DNA from: an uncultured Bacteroidota bacterium | Lineage (GTDB): Bacteria; Bacteroidota; Bacteroidia; UKL13-3 | Direction of reading: 5' to 3' | Assembly: GCA_903927505.1 (NCBI GenBank) | Contig: CAIYNF010000059.1 | Coordinates: 1 to 55,038 of the forward strand | DNA: 55,038 bases | Shown here: positions 20,001 through 27,753 of the stretch, one piece after another | Layout: the number at the start of each line of letters is the position of its first letter | Position numbering within the stretch: position 1 is the stretch's first letter | Program-made: the position numbers and the translations under genes | The notes under the pieces: generated by a model | What the model saw: only the letters and a program-made list of their open reading frames with translations | What the model was told of the DNA's origin: nothing | The model's database searches: none

Positions 20001-20339
20001 AAAGAAAAATTAGGAGGTGGCAAGCAATTGGGTGATTTGCAAAAACTGATGGAAGAAACAGAAAAGGATTTGGTAAATAAACGTCTTACCCAAGAAACTT
20101 TGATGCGCCAACAAGAAATATTAACACGTTTATTGGAACACGAAAAGGCTGAGAAAAAACAAGAAGAAGAACAAACCCGTGAGGCTACCCAAGGCAAAGA
20201 AATCCCTAAACCCAGTCCTAAATACTTAGAACAATTTAAGCGTAAGACACGCAACAATACCGAGCTTTTGGAAATGCTTCCAGTTGAATTACAGCCTTAT
20301 TACAAAGAAAAAGCCAAGGAGTATTTAGAGCGCGAATAA
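17010..20339 (+). CDS. Large membrane-anchored coiled-coil protein (DUF4175-like)
   Basis: 1109 aa. N-terminal TM helices are followed by about 450 aa of mixed/beta-rich sequence. The last roughly 600 aa are an extremely K/E/Q-rich heptad-like region. Confidence 0.65.
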   Translation: MLPNQLLLQKLDAFIRKYYKNLLLKGSIIFLGLFVAVFLLISLLEYFGRYTSGVREILFFSLLFLSLVLLVKFVIIPLAHLLKIGKQISHEQAASIIGKHFSGISDKLTNTLQLLKEVGSNQDLLLAAIAQKSENLSPIPFTAAVDYKANLKYARWAIVPVVFLLLLLIVSPSLVSDGATRVFQYKTVFKVPAPFNFQIENKALKANQYQDFELKVNVSGKEIPNEVFIHYNKQTLHLEKMDATHFSFVFRNVQNSFPFYLEALGFEDAEQVLEVKAKPVMLNYSVSLQFPSYLHQKEELIVNPGDISIPAGTTVKWQFLSKQTDEILLQFNQLLAHANSKDFAHFTYSRKFFLADSYTIKLGKEKELNGDSLHFHIEVIPDAFPAIQMEEQKDTLSGKFIYFGGEASDDHGLSKLSFNYRFLKSSVKQKTDKGLQSQNLPIALDKNLNINHVFNLYEIDFAQGDELEYYFEIWDNDGVHGPKSTRSKVFAVKAPDKAQIKEDAASNSKALEEKMEATLKESKDLAKELKEIQKKLKTQQPLTWEEKKKLENITQRQKDLAQKMEELQKDFKVKNQKEQSFKEEDQRILEKQKELQKMYEELLTDDMKKLMKQLEDMMKVQNKDLIKKELDKMEMNNKDVEKELDRMLEMYKNLEVEKKMEEVKKNLDDLAQKQKDLAKETEDKSSNKEALKQKQDELSKDFKDLQKDLQDLAKKNQELETPKELADTKEQEKKIADKMQNSSEELQKGNNKKSSKEQQEAADEMEQMSQKMQDQQEKEEEEKAEVDEKALREILENLIQLSKDQEKLMTQMQSINGYNPQFVKLAQEQKVLKDNAKMIEDSLLALSKNVPEIKAFVNREVTKMNNHLENANTNYSIRNTQEIRVQQQYAMTRMNNLGVMLSDALQQLQQQMQEKKQGKSKGNKGKPQKKPGAGKSSMSQLKKMQEEMNKQMREGMNKNGTGEKGKSGSEQFARMSAQQMAIRQQMQKMLSQMDALEKEKLGGGKQLGDLQKLMEETEKDLVNKRLTQETLMRQQEILTRLLEHEKAEKKQEEEQTREATQGKEIPKPSPKYLEQFKRKTRNNTELLEMLPVELQPYYKEKAKEYLERE
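17362..17375. repeat. Iterated palindrome copy TTGGTTCGAACCAA (perfect 14-nt palindrome)
   Basis: Exact GGTTCGAACC at 17364-17373 inside CDS 17010..20339, read as G-S-N. Confidence 0.9.
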
Positions 20340-20499
20340 GTATGAGCGGCTTACTATAGCAATGTATTTTTTCTCCTTGTTTCAAAAATAAAATGGCTTT
20401 TGATTCTTGCCAAGCTTTGGCGTATGCTATCCAGAAGAAATTGGTAGACGAATACCAAAAATATGCTAAGGATGATTTGGCTTAATTTATTTAATTTTT

Positions 20500-20523
20500 A
20501 TGGGTAATTTTTTAATTACCCAT
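20500..20523. terminator. Perfect hairpin between the convergent DUF4175-like and toxin genes
   Basis: ATGGGTAATT-TTTT-AATTACCCAT is a 10-bp perfect stem. It overlaps the toxin stop codon (20516-20518). Confidence 0.4.
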
Positions 20524-20770
20524 AAATTTCTTTTCTGTGTCCAAGGTCAATAATATCAATTATTAATGTTTCGTCAAAAATCTCATAAATGATGCGATAA
20601 TGTGCTACTCTAATGCGAAAAGCATCTCTTCCTTTTAATTTTTTAAAACCATTAGGTCTAGGATTATGTGACAACCCGATTATTGCCTTTTTTATTGGGG
20701 AATAATAAGGTTCATTTATTTTTTCAAGTGCTTTAAGTGCTCTTTTTTTAATGGAAATTTGATAAACCAT
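20516..20770 (-). CDS. Type II toxin, RelE/ParE family
   Basis: MVYQISIKKRALKALEKI..KKLKGRDAFRIRVAHYRIIYEIFDETLIIDIIDLGHRKEIY is a typical RelE/StbE-like fold sequence. The ATG at 20770 lies 4 nt after the antitoxin stop; the tracked ORF begins at an upstream TTG. Confidence 0.75.
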   Translation of the reverse strand: MVYQISIKKRALKALEKINEPYYSPIKKAIIGLSHNPRPNGFKKLKGRDAFRIRVAHYRIIYEIFDETLIIDIIDLGHRKEIYG

Positions 20771-20774
20771 TTTT

Positions 20775-20978
20775 TTATTTCCGCTTAGCTTCAATCATCT
20801 TAAATGCTTCTTCTATAGGGAATGAAACCTCGTTTGATTTTTTTGCTTCATCATAAAGCTTAATATCTTCAAGCTCCTCTAGCTCCTCAATAATTGCTTC
20901 GAAATCTCTCATAGGAAGCACTACAGATATTTTTTTACCTGCCTTATTTGTAATATATTTTGGATTTACTGTGAGCAT
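20775..20978 (-). CDS. Cognate antitoxin, 67 aa
   Basis: Small acidic protein immediately upstream of the RelE-like gene (..ISVVLPMRDFEAIIEELEELEDIKLYDEAK..). Confidence 0.6.
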   Translation of the reverse strand: MLTVNPKYITNKAGKKISVVLPMRDFEAIIEELEELEDIKLYDEAKKSNEVSFPIEEAFKMIEAKRK

Positions 20979-21037
20979 TTTATTTCGATAATTAATTCCT
21001 TACACAAAAATATAGCAATTAATTTTAAAATTACAAG

Positions 21038-21781
21038 TTAATTATTCTTGTTGTCATATTCAACCTTAGTTAAAAAAAGGCCTTGTGCGGGAACACTTGC
21101 GCCGGCCTCACTGCGGTTTTTGCTTTCCAATATTTTTTGAAAATCTGTTAAGTTCAATTTTCCTTTTCCAATCTCCAATAAAGTACCTACAATAGCCCTC
21201 ACCATATTGCGTAAAAAGCGGTCGGCCCTAATGGTAAATACCAATTGCTCCTTTTCTTTCCATTCCCATTTGGCATAACTAATGTTGCAATTAAATGTTT
21301 TTACATCGGTATGTACTTTGCTAAAGCATTCAAAATCGGTATAACTTAGCAGTAATGCTGCTGCCTCATTCATAGCCAACACATCCAGTTCTTTGGTATA
21401 TAAAAAGCTTAATTCATTGTAAAATGGGGTAGGTTTTGTGGCGATCCAATACTCGTATTCGCGCAATTTGGCATCGAACCTGGCATGCAAATTTGCTGCT
21501 ACTGGAAAAACAGCATGTACCACAATGTCTTTGGGCAAAATGCCATTGAGTTTATAAGCCAAAGCAGCGGTATCTATTTCAGCTTCACTTTCAAAGTGCG
21601 CAAAATAGTCTTTCGCATGCACGCCGGTGTCGGTTCGGCCACAACCAACAATTTCTATGGGTTCTTTTAAGAGGATGGTAAATTTATTTTCTAGTTCGCC
21701 CTGAACGCTATGTGCATTTGGCTGTTTTTGCCAGCCATGGTATAATTTACCATTGTAAGCTAATTGAATGAAATAACGCAT
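21038..21781 (-). CDS. truA: tRNA pseudouridine(38-40) synthase
   Basis: Catalytic motif GCGRTDTGVHA; 247 aa. Confidence 0.9.
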   Translation of the reverse strand: MRYFIQLAYNGKLYHGWQKQPNAHSVQGELENKFTILLKEPIEIVGCGRTDTGVHAKDYFAHFESEAEIDTAALAYKLNGILPKDIVVHAVFPVAANLHARFDAKLREYEYWIATKPTPFYNELSFLYTKELDVLAMNEAAALLLSYTDFECFSKVHTDVKTFNCNISYAKWEWKEKEQLVFTIRADRFLRNMVRAIVGTLLEIGKGKLNLTDFQKILESKNRSEAGASVPAQGLFLTKVEYDNKNN

Positions 21782-21849
21782 ACGAGAATTAGAAATAGCG
21801 GCATATTTGTTTCTTAATAGTCTTGCCGCTGAATGCGAAAATAAGGAAA

Positions 21850-22596
21850 TTAATTTTCTAGTGTCAATTTCATCAGCTCAAAAGTTTTTTGAGCGGCCAT
21901 TTGTTCTGCTTTTTTCTTAGAAGTATGTTGCGCATTGCCTTTTTCTTCGCCGTCAAATTTTACGGTAATTTGGTAAATTTTATTTTTACCATCTAAGGTT
22001 TCCAACACTTCAAAATCAATAGGTTTATTGTTTTTCTGCGCGTATTCAATGAGCCTGCCTTTGTAATTGGTTTCAGTAAATTGAAGTTTATCTACATCAA
22101 TATGGAAGCGCAATAAATTATCTACAATAAATTTCTTGCAACCATCAAATCCAGCATCCAAAAATATTGCACCAATAAAAGCTTCCAAGGCATTCCCAAA
22201 AATACTGTTACGCAAATTGATGTTTTGCATGGCCTTGCGGTCATATTCTACCAATAAGTTTAAATGAATTTTTATGGCAAGGTCGTTTAAGCTTTCCCTG
22301 CTAACAATTTTAGAGCGCAATTGGGTGAGGAAGCCTTCGTCTTTAAAGGGGTATTTTTTAAAAAGAAACTCGGCTACTATAGCATTAAGCATGGCATCGC
22401 CAAGGTATTCCAGGCGTTCGTTGCTGTCTTTGTAACCATTGTGGTGAATGGTTCTAGAAACGGAATGGTGGCGCAAAGCCTGCTCATAAGCAATCAATCC
22501 ATTGGGCATATAGCCTGTAATGGATTTTATCTTTCGTGCTAATGCGCGTTGCTCCGCGTTGCGCGGCTTAAGGAGTGTTAGGATTTTTCTGAACAA
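21850..22596 (-). CDS. rnc: Ribonuclease III
   Basis: Signature NERLEYLGDAML and a C-terminal dsRBD. TTG start 2 nt after the fabF stop; there is no in-frame ATG before residue 30. Confidence 0.88.
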   Translation of the reverse strand: MFRKILTLLKPRNAEQRALARKIKSITGYMPNGLIAYEQALRHHSVSRTIHHNGYKDSNERLEYLGDAMLNAIVAEFLFKKYPFKDEGFLTQLRSKIVSRESLNDLAIKIHLNLLVEYDRKAMQNINLRNSIFGNALEAFIGAIFLDAGFDGCKKFIVDNLLRFHIDVDKLQFTETNYKGRLIEYAQKNNKPIDFEVLETLDGKNKIYQITVKFDGEEKGNAQHTSKKKAEQMAAQKTFELMKLTLEN

Positions 22597-22598
22597 AA

Positions 22599-23849
22599 TT
22601 ATTCAGCAAATTTTTTCACAATCACCGAGGCGTTGTGACCACCAAAACCAAAGGTGTTACTGATAGCTGCATTTACTTCGCGGTGTTGCGCCTTGTTAAA
22701 GGTTAGGTTCAAAGCTGGATCAAAAGCAGGGTCATCCGTAAAATGGTTGATGGTAGGAGGAACGATACCTTTGTGCAATGCCAAAATACAGGCAATTGTT
22801 TCAACAGCACCGGCACCACCTAATAAGTGACCAGTCATAGATTTGGTAGAACTGATGTTCATTTTATAGGCATGGTCGCCAAAAACCGACATGATTGCCT
22901 TAATTTCTTGAGGATCTCCTAATGGTGTAGATGTACCATGTACATTTACATAGTCAATATCTTCAGGTTTCATACCGGCATCTTCCAAAGCATACTTCAT
23001 TACATTGGTAGCTCCCAAACCTTCAGGATGTGGGGCTGTCATGTGGTAAGCATCTGCCGAAAGGCCGCAACCCATTATTTCGCAGTAAATTTTTGCACCA
23101 CGCGCTTTGGCATGTTCGTATTCTTCTAGGATCAATGCACCAGCACCTTCTCCTAATACAAAGCCATCACGGTCGAGGTCGAAAGGTCTTGAAGCAGTTG
23201 CAGGATCATCGTTTCTTTCGCTTAAAGCTTTCATGGCATTGAAACCACCAATGGCGGCCTCATTTACACAAGCCTCCGAACCACCTGTAACAATTACATC
23301 TGCTTTGTTTAAGCGGATATAGTTAAAAGCGTCGGCAATAGCGTTTGAAGAAGATGCACAAGCGGCAACTGTTACAAAATTTGGTCCACGGTATCCATGT
23401 CGGATAGAGACCATACCCGCAGAAATATCCCCAATCATCATGGGAATAAAGAATGGGCTAAATCTAGGCGTACCATCACCTTTGACGAATTCGCGCACCT
23501 CATGTAAAAACGTATGAAGTCCGCCAATACCTGTTCCCCAAATAACGCCTACGCGGTCTTTGTTTAAGGTATCGTTGAAAGCTGCATCTTTAATCGCTTC
23601 ATCAGTTGACACAATGGCAAACTGGGTGAAACGGTCCATGCGACGGGCTTCTTTTTTGTCAATAAATTGGGTGGGGTCGAAATTCTTAACTTCGCAAGAA
23701 AATTTGGTTTTAAACTTGGATGTATCAAATTGGGTAGTGAGCGCGCAGCCACTAACCCCATTTGATAATCCATCCCAATAGTCTTGTAAGGTGTTTCCGA
23801 TTGGCGTAATAGCACCTAGGCCTGTTACTACAACTCTGCGGGAAAGCAT
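22599..23849 (-). CDS. fabF: 3-oxoacyl-ACP synthase II
   Basis: Active-site ACASSSNAI, with the His pair in HGTSTPLGD and GHLLGGAG. Confidence 0.93.
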   Translation of the reverse strand: MLSRRVVVTGLGAITPIGNTLQDYWDGLSNGVSGCALTTQFDTSKFKTKFSCEVKNFDPTQFIDKKEARRMDRFTQFAIVSTDEAIKDAAFNDTLNKDRVGVIWGTGIGGLHTFLHEVREFVKGDGTPRFSPFFIPMMIGDISAGMVSIRHGYRGPNFVTVAACASSSNAIADAFNYIRLNKADVIVTGGSEACVNEAAIGGFNAMKALSERNDDPATASRPFDLDRDGFVLGEGAGALILEEYEHAKARGAKIYCEIMGCGLSADAYHMTAPHPEGLGATNVMKYALEDAGMKPEDIDYVNVHGTSTPLGDPQEIKAIMSVFGDHAYKMNISSTKSMTGHLLGGAGAVETIACILALHKGIVPPTINHFTDDPAFDPALNLTFNKAQHREVNAAISNTFGFGGHNASVIVKKFAE

Positions 23850-23863
23850 TAGTGATTAATAAA

Positions 23864-24103
23864 TTAACCTTTTACGTTTTGCTCGATGTAGGAAACAGCT
23901 TGTCCAACGGTGCCAATCTTTTCAGCTTGGTCGTCTGGAATAGCAATGTTGAATTCTTTTTCAAATTCCATGATTAACTCAACGGTATCCAATGAATCGG
24001 CACCTAAGTCGTTCGTAAAACTTGCATCATCGTTGATTTCACTTTCCTCAACGCCAAGTTTGTCCATAATGATGGTCTTAACTCTTCCTTTGATATCTGA
24101 CAT
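23864..24103 (-). CDS. acpP: Acyl carrier protein
   Basis: Phosphopantetheine site [11 protein letters not shown]; 79 aa. Confidence 0.95.
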   Translation of the reverse strand: MSDIKGRVKTIIMDKLGVEESEINDDASFTNDLGADSLDTVELIMEFEKEFNIAIPDDQAEKIGTVGQAVSYIEQNVKG

Positions 24104-24254
24104 TTTCTTAAGATTTAATAGGTTGCAAATAAACTACTTTTTGTAAATAAAAACCAAGTTTTCCTGTAATCGCTTCATTTATATGCTGTTTTTTTGATTT
24201 TTGATGTTAAAAAATTGATTTTTTGAGCAATTTTAAGGCAAAATACCTTACTTT

Positions 24255-24680
24255 GTGGACTTGAAAAAACTTCAATTAGAGGTAGAAGAAGATTTAGCAT
24301 TTATGCTATTTGGCTTTGTTTCAGGACATAAGGCTAGCAAACTTTGCTTTTTCCTGAACCAAATGGCTTCTTTTGAGTTTGAAAGGGTGGCAGATCTCAA
24401 ATTGCCCGACTTTAATCCCAAATCTGAAACAAGTTTTTCGAAATTTGCTTTTCAGGACGAAGAAAACCACCTGGATTTCTATTTATTAGCCAATAAAGAA
24501 TTTGGAATGACCTTGTTTCCAGAACTCAAGCAGTTTGATTATCTCCTGATTGTAAGAGGAGGTCTAGAATTTTTTGACGCTGGGGCTTTTTCCCGTGAAG
24601 GCATGAAAATCAATGGTGTTCAGCTAATTGCACCTATTGAAGCAGGAAAAATAAAATCGAAAATTAGCTGGATTATATAA
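24255..24680 (+). CDS. Conserved hypothetical protein (possibly IPExxxVDY family)
   Basis: GTG or TTG start. The N-terminal pattern ..FMLFGFVSGHKASKLCFFLNQ.. recalls the Bacteroidota family. This family assignment is from memory only. Confidence 0.45.
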   Translation: MDLKKLQLEVEEDLAFMLFGFVSGHKASKLCFFLNQMASFEFERVADLKLPDFNPKSETSFSKFAFQDEENHLDFYLLANKEFGMTLFPELKQFDYLLIVRGGLEFFDAGAFSREGMKINGVQLIAPIEAGKIKSKISWII

Positions 24681-24684
24681 AATT

Positions 24685-26121
24685 ATGAGTGAACTACAAT
24701 TTAACCGAACAAAAATTATTGCCACCATCGGTCCGGCAACCAGCAGCTACGAAAGTTTAAAGGCTATTGTAAAAGAGGGGGTAGATGTTTGTAGGCTTAA
24801 CTTTTCGCACGGCGCCTACGAAGACCATCAAAAGGTAATTGACAATATCAATAAGTTAAACGACGAATTGGGAACACATGTGGCCATGCTCCTGGATTTG
24901 CAAGGTCCAAAATTGCGTGTGGGTGAAATGGAAAATGGTAAAATAGAACTCAAAACAGGTGCTATTTTAGAAGTTACTACGGAAAAATGTATCGGTTCGG
25001 CCGAAAGAATTTATGTAAACTTTGAAAACCTGCCCAAAGATGTAAATAAAGGTGAACGCATTCTACTAGATGATGGTAAATTGGAACTGCGCGTTTTGGA
25101 AACCAATAAAAAGGACCTCATAAAAACAGAGGTAATTGTAGGTGGCTTTTTAACCAATAAAAAAGGGTTTAACCTACCCAATACCAAAATGTCTATTCCT
25201 AGCATGACGCAAAAAGACCTTGACGATTTGAAATTTGGATTGGAACAAAAAGTAGAATGGGTTGCTTTGAGCTTCGTTAGAAATGCTGATGATGTTATTT
25301 ATATTAAAAATATAATTGAACGCAATGAATGGAAACCGCGTGTGGTTGCCAAAATTGAAAAGCCAGAAGCAATTGTAAATATTGATAGAATTATTCAGGT
25401 TTCGGATGGCATAATGGTGGCGCGTGGCGATTTGGGCGTAGAAATGCCTATGGAGGAAGTGCCCGTGCTACAGAAAATGATTGTTAAGAAATGTATTGAA
25501 GCGTCTAAACCGGTAATAATTGCAACCCAAATGATGGAAAGCATGATTACCAGTCCGGTGCCAACCCGAGCCGAAGTGAATGACGTGGCCAATGCCGTAA
25601 TGGATGGCGCAGATGCCGTTATGTTAAGTGCTGAAACCTCTGTGGGTGCCTTTCCAGAACAATGTGTGCGTGCCATGCAAAAAACCATTGCACAAGTAGA
25701 ACAAAAAACCAATGCGCCTTATTTTAAAGGCAAACGTCCTGATGAAATTTCTCCAACCTTTATTTCGGATGAAATATTATTTACTGCCGTGCGTATTTCT
25801 GATCACTTGAAAGCAAAAGCGGTAGTGGGTATGACCTTCTCTGGTTATTCTGCTTATCGTTTATCTAGTTACAGACCAAAGGCGGCTATTTTTATTTTTA
25901 CTACCAATCCGCGTTTGTTAAAAACCATGAGCTTGGTTTGGGGTGTAAGAGGTTTCTTGTACCGTGGTTTTGAAAGTACAGATCAATCTATCCAAGATAT
26001 CAACGACCAACTACAAGAAATGGGGTATTTGAAATCGGGTGATATTGTAATTAATACGGCAAGTATGCCAATTACAGAAAGATCAAGAACCAATGCTATT
26101 AAAATTAGCGAAATAAAATAA
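24685..26121 (+). CDS. pyk: Pyruvate kinase
   Basis: KIIATIGPA, CRLNFSHG, IMVARGDLGVE and ATQMMESM motifs. Confidence 0.93.
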   Translation: MSELQFNRTKIIATIGPATSSYESLKAIVKEGVDVCRLNFSHGAYEDHQKVIDNINKLNDELGTHVAMLLDLQGPKLRVGEMENGKIELKTGAILEVTTEKCIGSAERIYVNFENLPKDVNKGERILLDDGKLELRVLETNKKDLIKTEVIVGGFLTNKKGFNLPNTKMSIPSMTQKDLDDLKFGLEQKVEWVALSFVRNADDVIYIKNIIERNEWKPRVVAKIEKPEAIVNIDRIIQVSDGIMVARGDLGVEMPMEEVPVLQKMIVKKCIEASKPVIIATQMMESMITSPVPTRAEVNDVANAVMDGADAVMLSAETSVGAFPEQCVRAMQKTIAQVEQKTNAPYFKGKRPDEISPTFISDEILFTAVRISDHLKAKAVVGMTFSGYSAYRLSSYRPKAAIFIFTTNPRLLKTMSLVWGVRGFLYRGFESTDQSIQDINDQLQEMGYLKSGDIVINTASMPITERSRTNAIKISEIK

Positions 26122-26146
26122 ATTGCAAGCATTCTAATTTGAGCCA

Positions 26147-26536
26147 ATGAAAAATAATTTATTACTTCTAAGTTTTGTCTTAGCACTTTTTGCAGCTTGT
26201 ACCAAAACAGATACAGGAAACAGCAACAACAATGGAAATACCATCGTAACCATTGACAGCTCTGAGTTTAATGGAAGGTTGTATGTAGAAACTTACGATT
26301 ATCTATTAGGCACAAAAATTTCTGGTGCCGATGTGTTTTTATATACCAATTATGAAGATATTCAAAGAGGCATTTATTTGTTTTATCAAAAGGGAAATAC
26401 CGCTGGAGAGGCAGATTTTGGGTACCTCTTACAAGGCAATTATTATTTGGTTTCCAAAACAATTTTAAAAGCAGATACCAGCTTGGTGCAAGTGCTTAGC
26501 AAGCGCACTGTTCATAGAAATGTGTATTTAAAATGA
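26147..26536 (+). CDS. Hypothetical lipoprotein
   Basis: Lipobox MKNNLLLLSFVLALFAAC. Its stop overlaps the next start (ATGA). Confidence 0.5.
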   Translation: MKNNLLLLSFVLALFAACTKTDTGNSNNNGNTIVTIDSSEFNGRLYVETYDYLLGTKISGADVFLYTNYEDIQRGIYLFYQKGNTAGEADFGYLLQGNYYLVSKTILKADTSLVQVLSKRTVHRNVYLK

Positions 26537-27042
26537 GCACAGAACCCATAGAAAATAAAATAGCCAATGCAGGGTTAATAACCCTCAACCTGGAAGATTA
26601 TTTTGATACTGCCGACAGGGTTTTATTTGATATTAAACCTTGGTTGTTTAGGGAGCTTATTTTAAAAGAAAAAGATTTTAAGGAGTTTGTGAAGGCGCAT
26701 GATTGGTTGCAATACAGCGGAAAAATTGTGAGTTTTTATTGCAGCGCAGATGCCATTGTGCCCGTATGGGCTTACATGCTATTAGGAGTTGCCGCACAGC
26801 CATTTGCCAAGCGTTATTTTTTCGGTTCGAACCATGAAACAGAAAGCATTTTGTTTCAAGAAGCATTGGCCAAAATAGATTTTACAGCCTACCAAGACCA
26901 ACGAATTATTGTGAAAGGTTGTGGCGAAATACCTATTCCTACGAGTGCTTACCTTGAAATTACTTCCAAACTTTTGCCTTATGCTAAGAGCATTATGTAC
27001 GGCGAAGCTTGCAGCAATGTGCCTATTTTTAAACGAAAATAA
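26533..27042 (+). CDS. Conserved hypothetical protein (DUF2480-like)
   Basis: 169 aa. ..LITLNLEDYF..IKPWLFRELILKEKDFKEF.. resembles the Bacteroidota DUF2480 family (from memory). Confidence 0.55.
   Translation: MSTEPIENKIANAGLITLNLEDYFDTADRVLFDIKPWLFRELILKEKDFKEFVKAHDWLQYSGKIVSFYCSADAIVPVWAYMLLGVAAQPFAKRYFFGSNHETESILFQEALAKIDFTAYQDQRIIVKGCGEIPIPTSAYLEITSKLLPYAKSIMYGEACSNVPIFKRK
26822..26835. repeat. Iterated palindrome copy TCGGTTCGAACCAT
   Basis: Exact GGTTCGAACC at 26824-26833 inside CDS 26533..27042, read as G-S-N. Confidence 0.9.
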
Positions 27043-27135
27043 ATATGGGTATTTGTCATTTCTTAACGGCATAATTAAATTACTTTTGCCCCGCTCAATC
27101 AATTCGTTCCTTGCCTCATTATTCATACTATATAG

Positions 27136-27747
27136 ATGGAAACAGCCGTAAAAATTAAACTCAGTCCTATTACCAATTTATCGGATGCGCGCTTTGCGGC
27201 TGCAGAGGGAATTGCCTATATGGGCTTTTGTTTTGATCCAAGTTCAGTAGATTTTTTACTGCCCATTAAAGCCAAGGAAATCATAGATTGGACCACTGGT
27301 TCATTAACCGTGGGAGAGTTTGGCGAACAGGGCTTAGAAGAGATTTCGGAGCTCAGTGAATTGTTGCAATTGGAAGTGGTTTTAATAAAAAATGCGATAC
27401 CCGCGAAAGACCTTTCTCAAATTGGAAAACCCATCATAAAAAGTTTGGATATTGACAATATGGAGGCAGTTGAATTGGCCAATACCTTGTGTGCTTATGC
27501 GCCCTATGCAGACGCTTTTCAATTAAATGGAAGCCTTGCCATTGCAGCTAGAGCCGACGAATTAAAAGAGATCTGTTTGCAATACAAAATTATTTGGAAT
27601 TTGCCTTTTAATCTTTCCAGCGTTCCAGAAGTAATTGCACAATTTAATCCATACGCCATTTGCCTTTTGGCCGGTTCGGAAGAAAAAACGGGTATGAAAG
27701 AGTACGAAGAATTGTATGCGCTTTTGGATGTAATTGCAGCTAAATAA
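27136..27747 (+). CDS. Phosphoribosylanthranilate isomerase-like protein (divergent TrpF fold)
   Basis: The N-terminus VKIKLSPITNLSDARFAAAEGIAYMGFCF aligns with TrpF KICGIT..A..AGAD..GF.F, but with Ser where the catalytic Cys sits. There are no trp genes nearby. Confidence 0.45.
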   Translation: METAVKIKLSPITNLSDARFAAAEGIAYMGFCFDPSSVDFLLPIKAKEIIDWTTGSLTVGEFGEQGLEEISELSELLQLEVVLIKNAIPAKDLSQIGKPIIKSLDIDNMEAVELANTLCAYAPYADAFQLNGSLAIAARADELKEICLQYKIIWNLPFNLSSVPEVIAQFNPYAICLLAGSEEKTGMKEYEELYALLDVIAAK

Positions 27748-27753
27748 TAGTGC

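Noticed and set aside
18734-20257. Several long minus-strand ORFs (18734..19276, 19143..19337, 19147..19440, 19392..19793, 19406..19606, 19826..20257) opposite the DUF4175-like gene
   Set aside because: They are low-complexity S/F/L/C-rich translations. They are the mirror of the K/E/Q-rich coiled-coil coding strand: AAG/GAA-rich codons leave the antisense frames free of stops. No start context or motifs were seen.
20393-20485. 30-aa ORF MAFDSCQALAYAIQKKLVDEYQKYAKDDLA between the DUF4175-like gene and the toxin gene
   Set aside because: It is too short, has no recognisable motif or coupling to neighbours, and sits in a 176-nt convergent intergenic gap. It could be a gene remnant, but nothing supports that.
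24996-25005. Palindrome TTCGGCCGAA in pyk (context CGGTTCGGCCGAAAG), resembling the iterated motif with a GC insertion
   Set aside because: It is a single occurrence with a different core. I did not count it as a copy.
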